Both the position numbers and the translations under genes were made by a program. A DNA stretch of 56,820 nt from an uncultured Woeseia sp. GTDB lineage: Bacteria > Pseudomonadota > Gammaproteobacteria > Steroidobacterales > UBA11654. Position 1 is the first letter of the stretch. Each line of letters starts with the position of its first letter. The stretch is from contig CAYQEV010000003.1 in NCBI GenBank assembly GCA_964416745.1, forward strand, positions 1 to 56,820. Direction: 5' to 3'. Below the pieces are notes generated by a model, which saw only the letters and a program-made list of their open reading frames with translations, was not told the origin of the DNA and did not search any database. This document shows, in pieces, positions 46,819-56,350 of this stretch.

Positions 46819-48087
46819 ATGAATCAATCACCAACAAATCAAAACACTCAGAAACAAGAGATATTATCCTTCTCAGAGATACCAGCGAGCGCATATAAAA
46901 TTTTCTTTATTTGTTTGATTGGCGTAACTTTTGCCAATTTAGATCATTCTATTTTTATTTTGGTAAGTGAAAAATTTCAAGAAGATTTTGGATGGGATCT
47001 AACAGATGTGGGTTGGTATGTAGCGATTACATTTTTTATATCCGGAATACTTTGTACCCAAGTTGGAGTGCTTACTGATCGTATTGGTAGAAAAAAATCA
47101 TTATTAATTTCAACATTTTTGACTCCTATTTTTGTTGGTTTTCTAGCTATTGCTCCTAATACCTTATCAGTATTAATTGCTAGAACTCTTGGGTTTACTG
47201 CAGCAGGAGCGCAGTCTCCTATTACACTGACCACGGTTACAGAGTCTTCTCCACCAAGATTTAGAGGTTTGTTTACAGGTATTTTACAAATTGGTTTTCC
47301 GTTAGGTTGGTTCTTTGCTTCAATATTGGTGGTCTTTATGATTGATAATTTAGGCATTAATTGGAGATATACATTTCTCTTAGCCTTTTTATTTGTGCCT
47401 TATGGTTGGGTTATTCATAAGTATTTACCAGAATCAAAAGTATGGCTTGAGGCTCAAAATAAGAAAACTGAGAATCAGCCAAAGCCCAGTACTATGGTTT
47501 TATTTTCTGACAAGTATAGAAAAAAATCACTGCTCTTATTTTCAGGCCAATTTCTTTATGCTTTTGCTTATGGAAGCACATTAATGTTGGTTCTTTATTT
47601 TACACAAGCAAGGAATTGGGAGATTGTAGATGCTATCAAGATAGTTGGGCTTTCATATGGCATAGGGTCTTTTGGTTATATTGCTGCTGCAATCGTGGGA
47701 GAGTTCTTATTAATAAGAAGAAATACTATTATTTTATGGGCATTGCTTGGAGGCCTAGCTTTTATTTATTTAATATGGATGGCTGATTCTTGGAATAAGG
47801 TGCTGATTAGTTATGGATTAATGACTTTGTTTTTTTATGGTGCTTATGCGGTCATGGCAACCTTTATTGCTGAAAATTTCCCTGCAGAAGTTAGAGCAAC
47901 AGGAGCTAGTTTTTGTGGAACATTAGCTATTAATTTAGGCTTCGGTTTGGGACCTTTAGCTATTACATATGCAGCAACTGATTATGGCTGGAATATGGGA
48001 TACACAATAGTAGGAATCATACCAATAATTGCTGCGGCTCTTATTTTTCTATTCTTGAAGCCCGTACCTAGAGAAGATGTGTTTTAA
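46819..48087 (+). CDS. MFS transporter (organic acid/metabolite:H+ symporter-like)
   Basis: 422 aa, 12 TM, MFS motif A GVLTDRIGRKKSLL. Confidence 0.85.
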   Translation: MNQSPTNQNTQKQEILSFSEIPASAYKIFFICLIGVTFANLDHSIFILVSEKFQEDFGWDLTDVGWYVAITFFISGILCTQVGVLTDRIGRKKSLLISTFLTPIFVGFLAIAPNTLSVLIARTLGFTAAGAQSPITLTTVTESSPPRFRGLFTGILQIGFPLGWFFASILVVFMIDNLGINWRYTFLLAFLFVPYGWVIHKYLPESKVWLEAQNKKTENQPKPSTMVLFSDKYRKKSLLLFSGQFLYAFAYGSTLMLVLYFTQARNWEIVDAIKIVGLSYGIGSFGYIAAAIVGEFLLIRRNTIILWALLGGLAFIYLIWMADSWNKVLISYGLMTLFFYGAYAVMATFIAENFPAEVRATGASFCGTLAINLGFGLGPLAITYAATDYGWNMGYTIVGIIPIIAAALIFLFLKPVPREDVF

Positions 48088-48130
48088 ACGACGCTTATTT
48101 ACCTAGGTATTTGAACTAACTCACTGGATC

Positions 48131-49582
48131 TCAATTTGCTGGTCTAAGTGGTTTAATATGCAGCTCCCAATCAGCATGGTCATCTGGCCCTTGGGGTCCG
48201 ATCATGCCCTCAGCTGACTTTAGTAACATCTCTGGGTAATATATTTCACCACCTTTAATCACTAATTTGATATTCCGTGTAACCTTAATATCTTCAAATG
48301 GATTACCCTTGATAACGAGGACATCAGCCAGTTTTCCAGGTTCTATGGAGCCAAGTTTGTCTGCAATACCAAGAGCGCTTGCACCATTAATTGTTGCTGC
48401 TTTTAGTACTGCAATGTTTGGTAAACCTGCATGTACCATTGCCAAGAGCTCTCGATGAAATGCAAACCCAGGCAATAAAGTTGTATAGACAGGCTCATCG
48501 GTACCCACAATCAGGAGATTCTCACCGCCAGATTCATAAAGCCTGTTCAGTTCAAGCACGCGTTGTGCATATTCGATCACGTCTGATTCTGGCAGTGGCT
48601 CACCCCGTTTCTCAAGTAAAGTTTGTGCGTAGGGGGTGAAGTATTTTGCTTCATTCGTCCAAATCATATCTGCACCAAGTTCTTTTCGTAGGTTAACTCC
48701 ACCGTACATCTGCAGGTTGGCGTCATAATACACCTGGTATTGTAGAATCAGATCAATCATTTGCTCCATATCAGCACTGTCTTGACCGCCGCTACCCAAT
48801 GTAATCTGATGCTCCAGACGATCCAAACCCATCAAGATCGCATCTCTTGGGTGCACATCGTATTCCCATTCGTAATTGGCCAAATGCCCTGTTGTTGTCA
48901 TACCGTGTTTATGTGCTTGCTCAATTACAATTTTGGTTTCACCGGGAGTTGCTTGTTTAATTTTGATGCTGATAACACCCCGTGCAGCCCATTTATCCAC
49001 TTCAGCTCGCATTTCCTCTTCTGTAATGTCATTTGGCCAAGCAGAGCAATTATCTGCCGCAGTTTTAACGCTATATTCGCATCTAAATCCACCAAAATAA
49101 GGGCCTGAAGCGAAAAGCCTCGGACCGATTGCTTTATCACTATCTATTAGATCTCGCTGTCTAAGGACACGCTCAGGATAGTATTCACCTGCTGACCAGG
49201 TTGACGTCACTCCGTTTGCTAAGAAAATGATGCCGTTATTGACAACTTCTTCCACACGACCTACATCGACGAGATCAAAATTGTAGTGTGCATGCAGATC
49301 AATCATGCCAGGTAGAATTGTTTCTGACTCGGTCAGGTCTATTACGTTAGCTCCTGAAAGATTTCCCCCTTGTATATTTGCATCAATTTCAACAATTTTC
49401 CCCTCACGAATCACAATACCTTTGTTGAGTCTTCGTGTGTCGCTGATGCCATCGAACAACCAACCACCGCGAATCACGATTTCTTCTGAAGGTGGTTCTG
49501 ACCATTGTGCATATGAAGCACAAGATAGAAATAAAAGAATGAGAGTTGCTTTATTTAATAAACGGCTAATTGATAAGTGCAC
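48131..49582 (-). CDS. Secreted metal-dependent amidohydrolase (PF01979-type)
   Basis: The track ORF starts at 49657 inside the upstream gene. The GTG at 49582, 7 nt after the upstream stop, gives (M)HLSISRLLNKATLILLFLSCASYA/QW, a plausible Sec signal. HxH metal motif in LPGMIDLHAHY. Confidence 0.82.
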   Translation of the reverse strand: MHLSISRLLNKATLILLFLSCASYAQWSEPPSEEIVIRGGWLFDGISDTRRLNKGIVIREGKIVEIDANIQGGNLSGANVIDLTESETILPGMIDLHAHYNFDLVDVGRVEEVVNNGIIFLANGVTSTWSAGEYYPERVLRQRDLIDSDKAIGPRLFASGPYFGGFRCEYSVKTAADNCSAWPNDITEEEMRAEVDKWAARGVISIKIKQATPGETKIVIEQAHKHGMTTTGHLANYEWEYDVHPRDAILMGLDRLEHQITLGSGGQDSADMEQMIDLILQYQVYYDANLQMYGGVNLRKELGADMIWTNEAKYFTPYAQTLLEKRGEPLPESDVIEYAQRVLELNRLYESGGENLLIVGTDEPVYTTLLPGFAFHRELLAMVHAGLPNIAVLKAATINGASALGIADKLGSIEPGKLADVLVIKGNPFEDIKVTRNIKLVIKGGEIYYPEMLLKSAEGMIGPQGPDDHADWELHIKPLRPAN

Positions 49583-49589
49583 TATCTTC

Positions 49590-52352
49590 TTAGGTCTCAA
49601 TATATCTCTCAAAATCACAAGTGTAATCATGAAAAGTATGGTTGGGCTCATAGGCAAAAGGCTTCCATCCTAGATGTTCATAATCTCCCACTAACGAAGT
49701 GGGTTTAATTAAACCACCAGTTTGAACAACAGCGCTGAAGTTTTGTCTATTCCTAAACATCATAGGGTCCCAACCATGATACATATACATCATATTGGGC
49801 CCCATGGCAGAGGTCACATGAGCTTGTGCTATAAAAGAACCCGCTATACTAAACACTTTAACTAAGTCACCATCACTAACACCCTTGTTTTGTGCGTCAT
49901 CAGGGTTAACATAGACATCAGGCTCACCTCTCTGAAGGCTTAGCAGAAAACTGTCGTCTCTCCACATACTATGTATTCCATGACGAGCATGACCCATGAG
50001 CATTTTCATTGGGTAACCCTCATTGACCAAGGGATCTTTATGACGTGGTAGAACCTCATCAAATTCAAAAAACCAATCATGATCAATATAAAATTGCTGT
50101 CGATGAGTGAGCGTTTTATACCCAACTTTATGGTTAACGCTTTCCCAGATCTCTGAGTAATAAGGGGACTCTTTACTATGAACTGTTGTTTCAGAGCCTT
50201 TATTTCTTGAAAAACCCTTCTCAGCGAGCTCATCATAACTTATTTTTTGTATACCGCTTGAGTTGTTAAGAAGAAATTCAATAACATCCTTGACTGAACG
50301 AATTGAGCCATCACTAGTGTAGTCTTTATGGAAGTTCTTAAAATCTCGTTTAAAAGGAACGCCAACCACATTATCATCAATCGGCTTGATATCTCTTTCT
50401 ATTGCTCTTTGAGCAATTGCTTTTGATAATTTTTCATAAGCCGTCCAGTCATCTACCGACTCCCCAAGTGGTTCAACCGCCTTATCAATTACTTGCATAT
50501 AAGGAGTTCTAGGCTCTAAATGAAAATCATGTCGTTCATAATGGTGTGCAATAGGTAGAACATAATCAGAATACATTGCAGTTGTGCCCATATCAGTTGC
50601 AAAGGTAACAATTGTTTCTAATTTGCCAAATGCATTTTCTCTCCAATGTTGACCTGATGAACGCCAACTGGCCGCGTTAGTGCCTGAGAACATGCCCATT
50701 TTCCAGGGGACTTTTGAATAGTCAGGAAACCAACCCTTATCTGTTGATTCTTGAAAGTATCGGTCATACTCCTCCGCCAATTCTTCGCCATAAACCTCTT
50801 TATTTAGTTCTTTCATGTTCCCATGGACATAATCCCATCTTGAGAGAGTAGCAACTCTAAAGGCAGCTATAGGGTTTTTCATGGCAAAAGGAAAAACAGC
50901 ATCATCTTTTGCTAGGTTAGTAATGGTGAGGCCGCCCCCTTCTTTACCAGTATTACCAGTAATGCATAATAATAAAAAGAAAGCTCTTTGGAGCAAATCC
51001 CCATGTAAATACTTGGAGGCTCTATAACCTGCATAAATCATGCCGGGTTTTGCCTCTGCAAATTTTCTTGCTACTTCTCTTATTACCTCAGCATTAATGC
51101 CAGTAATATCTTGAGCCATTTCTGGAGTATGTTCCGAGGCTCTTTGTTTAGTGAGCTCAAATACAGTGGTAACAGTTACAGGACCATCTTTAGTTTCAAT
51201 AACCCACTCACCTTCCAATGCCGGATCAATTTCACCAAGATCAATAGAGGGCATTGGTGGTATTAAATGTTCAGGGGTGCCTGGAGGTGGAGGCGGAGGT
51301 GTTCCTGTCCCAGGAGCAGCTATAAAACTATCAGTGTTGTTATCCCATAAATAAAACAAATTATCTCTTGTTTCTGGGCTATCCAGGATGTCGGTTTCTC
51401 TTATGTATTTATAATTATCTTTTCTTACAAGAAAAGGGAGATCCGATTGTTCCTTTATGTATTTTACATCATAGGTTTTATCATCCAGTATGGTTTTCAC
51501 CATTGCCATTGCTAAAGCAATATCACTGCCTGGATTGGGGTTTAACCATTTACTTGCATGCATTGCTGTGGCATTAAAATCAGGAGAAATTGAAATAACT
51601 TCTGTTCCATTATATCTTGCTTCCCAAAAGAAATGAGCGTCAGGAATACGAGTCACTGCAGGGTTACAGAACCATATCAGACAACATTTAGACTTATAGA
51701 TTTCTGCCATGGTATTACCCAGCGTTACATGCCCTAAGGTAATTTGTGCTCCAGAAAATAAATCACCAACTCCTGCGAAGGCTTCAGGCATTTGAACCCC
51801 ACTAATATTGGCAAATCTAAGTAAGCTCGCATAAGAAGCCCTTTTCATTACCATTTGTGTGCCTAGTCCGCAGGTGATCGATTCAGGCCCATCTTCAAGA
51901 TTATGATCTATAAATTTATCTGCCACTTCTAGCATCGCTTGGTCCCACGAAATTCTTTCCCATTTGCCTTCGCCTCGCTCACCAATACGCTTTAAGGGGT
52001 ACAAGATTCTTTGCTTGCCATACATATACCTTGAATGACTTAATCCCTTTTGACAGCCTCTCGGTCCATAGTCCGGGGCATCACTTGATGCACCATACTC
52101 TCCTTGCTGTTCCTCTCTCCAAACAACGCCATTCTTTACAAAAACATTGAAAGCACATTGTCCTGTACAGTTGGTGCCATGTGTGGAGTGAGTGACACTA
52201 TCCCATGTCCATTTTTTTCGAGCCAAGTCTTCCCATGCTCTATAAGGTGTTGATGCTTGCCCAAGAATTGAGGAAGAGTAGTTAAGCGTTAAACTTGAAA
52301 AAGTTGTTCCAAGTAAAAAATTTCTTCTGTTAGTTTTTATGTTGGAGTCCAT
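49590..52352 (-). CDS. Tat-exported molybdopterin oxidoreductase, type II DMSO-reductase family (NarG/EbdA/DdhA-like catalytic subunit)
   Basis: 920 aa. Twin-arginine signal TNRRNFLLGTTFSS. FS0 cluster motif H-x3-C-x3-C-x33-C in THGTNCTGQCAF..GPRGCQKG. Candidate Mo-ligand Asp in AFAGVGDLFSG. Hexaproline tract GTGTPPPPPPGTPEH encoded at 51282-51299. Confidence 0.8.
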   Translation of the reverse strand: MDSNIKTNRRNFLLGTTFSSLTLNYSSSILGQASTPYRAWEDLARKKWTWDSVTHSTHGTNCTGQCAFNVFVKNGVVWREEQQGEYGASSDAPDYGPRGCQKGLSHSRYMYGKQRILYPLKRIGERGEGKWERISWDQAMLEVADKFIDHNLEDGPESITCGLGTQMVMKRASYASLLRFANISGVQMPEAFAGVGDLFSGAQITLGHVTLGNTMAEIYKSKCCLIWFCNPAVTRIPDAHFFWEARYNGTEVISISPDFNATAMHASKWLNPNPGSDIALAMAMVKTILDDKTYDVKYIKEQSDLPFLVRKDNYKYIRETDILDSPETRDNLFYLWDNNTDSFIAAPGTGTPPPPPPGTPEHLIPPMPSIDLGEIDPALEGEWVIETKDGPVTVTTVFELTKQRASEHTPEMAQDITGINAEVIREVARKFAEAKPGMIYAGYRASKYLHGDLLQRAFFLLLCITGNTGKEGGGLTITNLAKDDAVFPFAMKNPIAAFRVATLSRWDYVHGNMKELNKEVYGEELAEEYDRYFQESTDKGWFPDYSKVPWKMGMFSGTNAASWRSSGQHWRENAFGKLETIVTFATDMGTTAMYSDYVLPIAHHYERHDFHLEPRTPYMQVIDKAVEPLGESVDDWTAYEKLSKAIAQRAIERDIKPIDDNVVGVPFKRDFKNFHKDYTSDGSIRSVKDVIEFLLNNSSGIQKISYDELAEKGFSRNKGSETTVHSKESPYYSEIWESVNHKVGYKTLTHRQQFYIDHDWFFEFDEVLPRHKDPLVNEGYPMKMLMGHARHGIHSMWRDDSFLLSLQRGEPDVYVNPDDAQNKGVSDGDLVKVFSIAGSFIAQAHVTSAMGPNMMYMYHGWDPMMFRNRQNFSAVVQTGGLIKPTSLVGDYEHLGWKPFAYEPNHTFHDYTCDFERYIET

Positions 52353-52378
52353 AGAATAAATGTATCATAAACTTTTCT

Positions 52379-53023
52379 CTAAGCGTTATGTTGTCCTGGC
52401 AATACAAGAACTTTACCACTCGCTTGACCAATAGCAAATTCGACTAGATTCATTCGATCATTACCGAAAAATATTTGGTTTTCAACAACCATTGTGGGGC
52501 TACCATAACCACCTTTATCTATAAGTTCATTAGTGTTCTGTAATATGATGTCATGATTTTTTTCACTTTCAATAGTCAATCTAAAGTTGTCTATATCCAT
52601 ATCTAATTGTTTGGCAATCCCAATTAGAATCTCACTATCAGCAATATCAGCCATGTCACTAAAAAATGCTTTAAACACTTTTGCGCTGTATTCAGCAATG
52701 GTGTTTTCAGTTATTGCAGCTAAAGCACCCCTAGATGCTTTAAGGGACACGCTGTGATCTAAATTTTTATGTTCTTTAATATCAAGACTGCAGTAAGATG
52801 CCCAATCTTGTAGGTCTTTTGTACGATAATCAGCTACATAGTCAGGTGTAGTTTGTGTCGGCTTATTCAGTAGTTCCTTAATTATATCTAGGTTAATTGG
52901 CTTCCATTCAATGATTGACGCGGTTCTAGTTGCCGTTTGTATAAGTCGCTTAAAACCTAAGTATGTCCAAGGGCAACTATAGTCAAAATAAAACTTAACG
53001 GTGATTTTTTTTTCGCTCATCAA
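52379..53023 (-). CDS. 2-hydroxychromene-2-carboxylate isomerase / kappa-GST (DsbA-like) family protein
   Basis: 214 aa. Single-Cys thioredoxin-fold motif FDYSCPWTYLGF and C-terminal SPTMVVENQIFFGNDRM, typical of the HCCA isomerase family. Confidence 0.75.
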   Translation of the reverse strand: MMSEKKITVKFYFDYSCPWTYLGFKRLIQTATRTASIIEWKPINLDIIKELLNKPTQTTPDYVADYRTKDLQDWASYCSLDIKEHKNLDHSVSLKASRGALAAITENTIAEYSAKVFKAFFSDMADIADSEILIGIAKQLDMDIDNFRLTIESEKNHDIILQNTNELIDKGGYGSPTMVVENQIFFGNDRMNLVEFAIGQASGKVLVLPGQHNA

Positions 53024-54582
53024 GAGTCCTTTCGTAAGGTTGTTTTTAGAACTTTACCATTAGCATTTCTAGGAATTGAGTCTATAAATTCGATAATTTT
53101 TGGCGTTTTAATTTTAGAAATATTCTGTTCACAAAATGCAAGTACTTCTTCCGATTTTAGTGCATTAGGATTATGGGTAACAATAAATGCCTTTAAAGAT
53201 TCCCCCCATTTTTCATCTGGAACTCCAATAACTGCAACATCTTGTATATTGGGGTGGTTATATAAAACATCTTCTATTTCTCTTGGGTAAATATTCACCC
53301 CACCTGAAATCACCATATCTTTTTTTCGATCAACGATATACAAGTAACCGTCTTCATCTTGTTTAGCCATATCACCCACTGTTAACCATCCATCAACTAA
53401 GGCTTCTTTTGTGTCATTAGGCCTTTTCCAATAACCATTAAATAGATAAGGACTCGTAGAGAACAATTCACCGACCTCATTTGGTTCACAGATATTTCCT
53501 GACTCTGTAAGGGTTTTAATTTCTGTGCAAGGAAACGCTTGCCCCACACATTGTAACTTTTTGAGTTGATCATCAGGCCTTAAATTAGAGATAATCCCTC
53601 CCTCTGTTGACCCATAGGTTTCATGAAGTAGGCCTGCACCGAAGTGTTCAATAATTTGTTCTTTTACCTGTTGGGGCAGAGCTGCAGCATTAGAAATGAT
53701 TGATTTAAGTTGATGAGATTTCGCATTATTAAGAATAGATTGCTCAAGACTAAGAATGCCATGGAAATGTGTTGGCACTCCAAAAAACCCGGTAATATTG
53801 TCATTTTTCATTGTTTTTAAAACAACCTCTGGGTCAAAAGAATCCATTATTTCTGCATAACCACCAAAGAAGATAGGAGCTAAAGAGAAAATCATACCGG
53901 CTCCATGACACATGGGTGCAATAGCTAGAAAACGGTCATCAGGAGAGTAACAACCATACTCAACCGCCATTCCAAATAAAGTTAGGATTCTTGAGCGATG
54001 TGGCACCAGAACCCCTTTAGGTTTTCCAGTTGTTCCTGAGGTGTAAGGCATGGTGAACACATCCCATTCCATAACAACCGGACTTTCTTTGAGAGGTTTG
54101 CTGATATTAATCCAATCCTCAAGGTCGCTTTCAATCACAATAATTTTTTCAACTGTTGAGAAAACAACATTTTCTAGAGCCATATACGATGCCTGGTCCA
54201 TAAACAGGATCTTAGCTTCAGCATCATCACATATTGCCTTAATTTCCTTGTCAGATAATTTGGGGTTCACTGTAGCTATGGGTATACCAGCTTGAGAGGC
54301 CCCTAAGACTATCTCCATATATTCAATAGAATTACTAGCGACTATAGCAACATGGCCTTCAGAGGGGTTTAAATGATGCAGTAACCCAGAAGAGATCCTA
54401 TCCATTCGTTGGACCAAATCCTTATAGGTTCTTTTTTTGTTTCCATGTTTATAGGCAGTTTTACTTGGGTTCCTCGACATTGCGGAACGAATACCTTCGG
54501 GTATTGATAGGTGTCTATAGGTATTAGGTAATTGAATGTTTGATTCCACTCTATTTATCCAAGTTGAATACTTGAATCGCAT
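53020..54582 (-). CDS. AMP-dependent acyl-CoA synthetase/ligase
   Basis: 520 aa. YTSGTTGKPKGV, YGSTEGG, GDMAKQDEDGYLYIVDRKKDMVISGGVNIYPREIE. 4-nt overlap (ATGA) with the downstream gene and 32-nt overlap with the upstream gene. Confidence 0.9.
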   Translation of the reverse strand: MRFKYSTWINRVESNIQLPNTYRHLSIPEGIRSAMSRNPSKTAYKHGNKKRTYKDLVQRMDRISSGLLHHLNPSEGHVAIVASNSIEYMEIVLGASQAGIPIATVNPKLSDKEIKAICDDAEAKILFMDQASYMALENVVFSTVEKIIVIESDLEDWINISKPLKESPVVMEWDVFTMPYTSGTTGKPKGVLVPHRSRILTLFGMAVEYGCYSPDDRFLAIAPMCHGAGMIFSLAPIFFGGYAEIMDSFDPEVVLKTMKNDNITGFFGVPTHFHGILSLEQSILNNAKSHQLKSIISNAAALPQQVKEQIIEHFGAGLLHETYGSTEGGIISNLRPDDQLKKLQCVGQAFPCTEIKTLTESGNICEPNEVGELFSTSPYLFNGYWKRPNDTKEALVDGWLTVGDMAKQDEDGYLYIVDRKKDMVISGGVNIYPREIEDVLYNHPNIQDVAVIGVPDEKWGESLKAFIVTHNPNALKSEEVLAFCEQNISKIKTPKIIEFIDSIPRNANGKVLKTTLRKDS

Positions 54583-55408
54583 TCTCTCGGAGAACTAGTT
54601 TTTTAGATGAATCTTTAAAATTTAGATTATTAAATTCATCAACTGCTCTTATCGGATCGATAACAGGCCAGTCAGTTCCAAACATGACTTTATGTTTTCC
54701 ATATGAATTAGCATAATGAACAAAGGATTCCGGCCAATATTTAGGTGCATAAGCATCGCCAGCCGTATAAATATTCTCATGTTTCCAGCACATCGATATC
54801 ATTTCTTCAGTCCAAGGAATACCAATATGTATACCAATAAGCTTTAACTCTGGGAAATCAATGGCTACTTGATCCAAATATATTGGTTTGCCAACACTGG
54901 GAAGTCTTCTATTTTTTGAATAAATTAAATTATGTCCAACTTGCATCATGATGGGTATTCCAAGTTCACAACATTTTGCATAATAAGGGTAATACTTCCG
55001 GTGATTTGGTGGTAACTCACACCAATGAGGGTATAGGTGAGCACCAACAAAACCATATTCTTTAACTGCGGCTTCTAAATCATTTAACCCTTCCATACCC
55101 CTAAATGGATCTACACCAGCCAATCCAGAAAATCTGTCTGGGTTTTGACGGCAAACATCGTAGACTCTTTCATAAGGTATCTCAAAAGATTCAGGAACTT
55201 TGATATCACCAGCCCTGACAGCAATTAATAATGACCTTTCAATACCAGCTTGATCCATTTTCTTAATATAATCAGGGATCGTAACACCACCCCTCATCTC
55301 TTCTGGCATTCTTACTTGTTTTTTGAAATCTTCGTCCAGGCCTGTTTGTCCAAGCTCCACTTCCTGTGGAGTAAAAAGATTAACCACAATGTCGATTATG
55401 CCACTCAT
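54551..55408 (-). CDS. Amidohydrolase_2 (PF04909; ACMSD/LigI-like metal-dependent hydrolase/decarboxylase) family protein
   Basis: 285 aa. N-terminal IIDIVVNLFT, IMMQVGH, IGIHIGIPW, and C-terminal FGTDWP aspartate motif. Confidence 0.78.
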   Translation of the reverse strand: MSGIIDIVVNLFTPQEVELGQTGLDEDFKKQVRMPEEMRGGVTIPDYIKKMDQAGIERSLLIAVRAGDIKVPESFEIPYERVYDVCRQNPDRFSGLAGVDPFRGMEGLNDLEAAVKEYGFVGAHLYPHWCELPPNHRKYYPYYAKCCELGIPIMMQVGHNLIYSKNRRLPSVGKPIYLDQVAIDFPELKLIGIHIGIPWTEEMISMCWKHENIYTAGDAYAPKYWPESFVHYANSYGKHKVMFGTDWPVIDPIRAVDEFNNLNFKDSSKKLVLRENAIQVFNLDK

Positions 55409-55444
55409 CAGCTTTACTTTATTATGAGGTTAATAACCTAGAGA

Positions 55445-56350
55445 TTATTGACCATCTAAATCCCATGGCCCTGTTGATTTAGACCTAACTGGAATTCCAG
55501 CCATTACTGGTGCTTGAGTTTCTGGATCATAGTTAACAGCATCACCTTTGACAATAACTTCTGAATTAAGAGTAACCCAGTTAATTAGAGCTCCATCTAG
55601 CCTAAAGATCCAACTTGCTCCCATTTCTTCACCCGTAATAAAATGGCCATGCTTCACTTTTGCTGGCCTGAAAAAATAAGTCCCAGGTGTGAAACGTCCA
55701 AAATTATAATCAAGATGCCCAGTTAAAGTATAAGCTTCCTCAAAAATGGGATGATGTATGAGTCTATCATCTGTCCATCCTGGTGGCGCCCATCCAAGCA
55801 TAGTAATAAATCCTTTTTCATTCTGGTCCTCGGGAGACGGATCATGGTAGAGAATTTTGAGTTGTAAAAAACGCTGTGTATCACCTTCATAGATATTATC
55901 CATCCAATCCATTTTTGTGGAATCGCAAACAGTTAATTTACCAGGCTCTTCTGAGGCAGTGTTGCCCCCTTCAGGAATAAAATCACTCTTATCTGTTTCA
56001 GAAACTGAAAAGCCCCAATCACCATACTCTCTAAAAATAAGAACTTCAGCACCCTTATCAACACTAATGGCAGGAACTTTCAAACCAGCCGGTGCTCGCC
56101 AATACATTCCCGGACCAAAAATTTGGTCTCCCATTTTTACTTTACCTTCTAAGACAAACCATTCTGTGTCAGCTTCATGATAACCAGCAGGACGATCCCA
56201 TTCAGTTTCAAAATATAGTTTTGTTGAACAAGATCCATCTTCTTCATCATAAGAGAGGTTTCTTTGCATTACTCTTCCTGTGCCTGCGTGAAGTTCAGCA
56301 GGGTGCCAACAAAGGTCACTTTGTTGTATTAGTTCTACATGAGGTCTCAT
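55445..56350 (-). CDS. Bicupin protein, second barrel ChrR-like (cupin_7-like); function unknown
   Basis: 301 aa. Two cupin-like cores: HEADTEWFVLEGKVKMGDQIFGPGMYWRAPAG and HHPIFEEAYTLTGHLDYNFGRFTPGTYFFRPAKVKHG. First gene of the minus-strand operon. Confidence 0.6.
   Translation of the reverse strand: MRPHVELIQQSDLCWHPAELHAGTGRVMQRNLSYDEEDGSCSTKLYFETEWDRPAGYHEADTEWFVLEGKVKMGDQIFGPGMYWRAPAGLKVPAISVDKGAEVLIFREYGDWGFSVSETDKSDFIPEGGNTASEEPGKLTVCDSTKMDWMDNIYEGDTQRFLQLKILYHDPSPEDQNEKGFITMLGWAPPGWTDDRLIHHPIFEEAYTLTGHLDYNFGRFTPGTYFFRPAKVKHGHFITGEEMGASWIFRLDGALINWVTLNSEVIVKGDAVNYDPETQAPVMAGIPVRSKSTGPWDLDGQ

Noticed and set aside
48088-48130. Palindrome TACCTAGGTA between the convergent MFS and amidohydrolase genes, considered as a bidirectional terminator
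   Set aside because: It is a loop-less 10-bp palindrome with no flanking T-tract, so it is not a credible intrinsic terminator.
49583-49657. Upstream extension of the secreted amidohydrolase into the molybdoenzyme gene
   Set aside because: The GTG at 49582 gives a normal Sec-type signal peptide directly after the upstream stop. The extension would bury the signal sequence 25 residues inside the protein.
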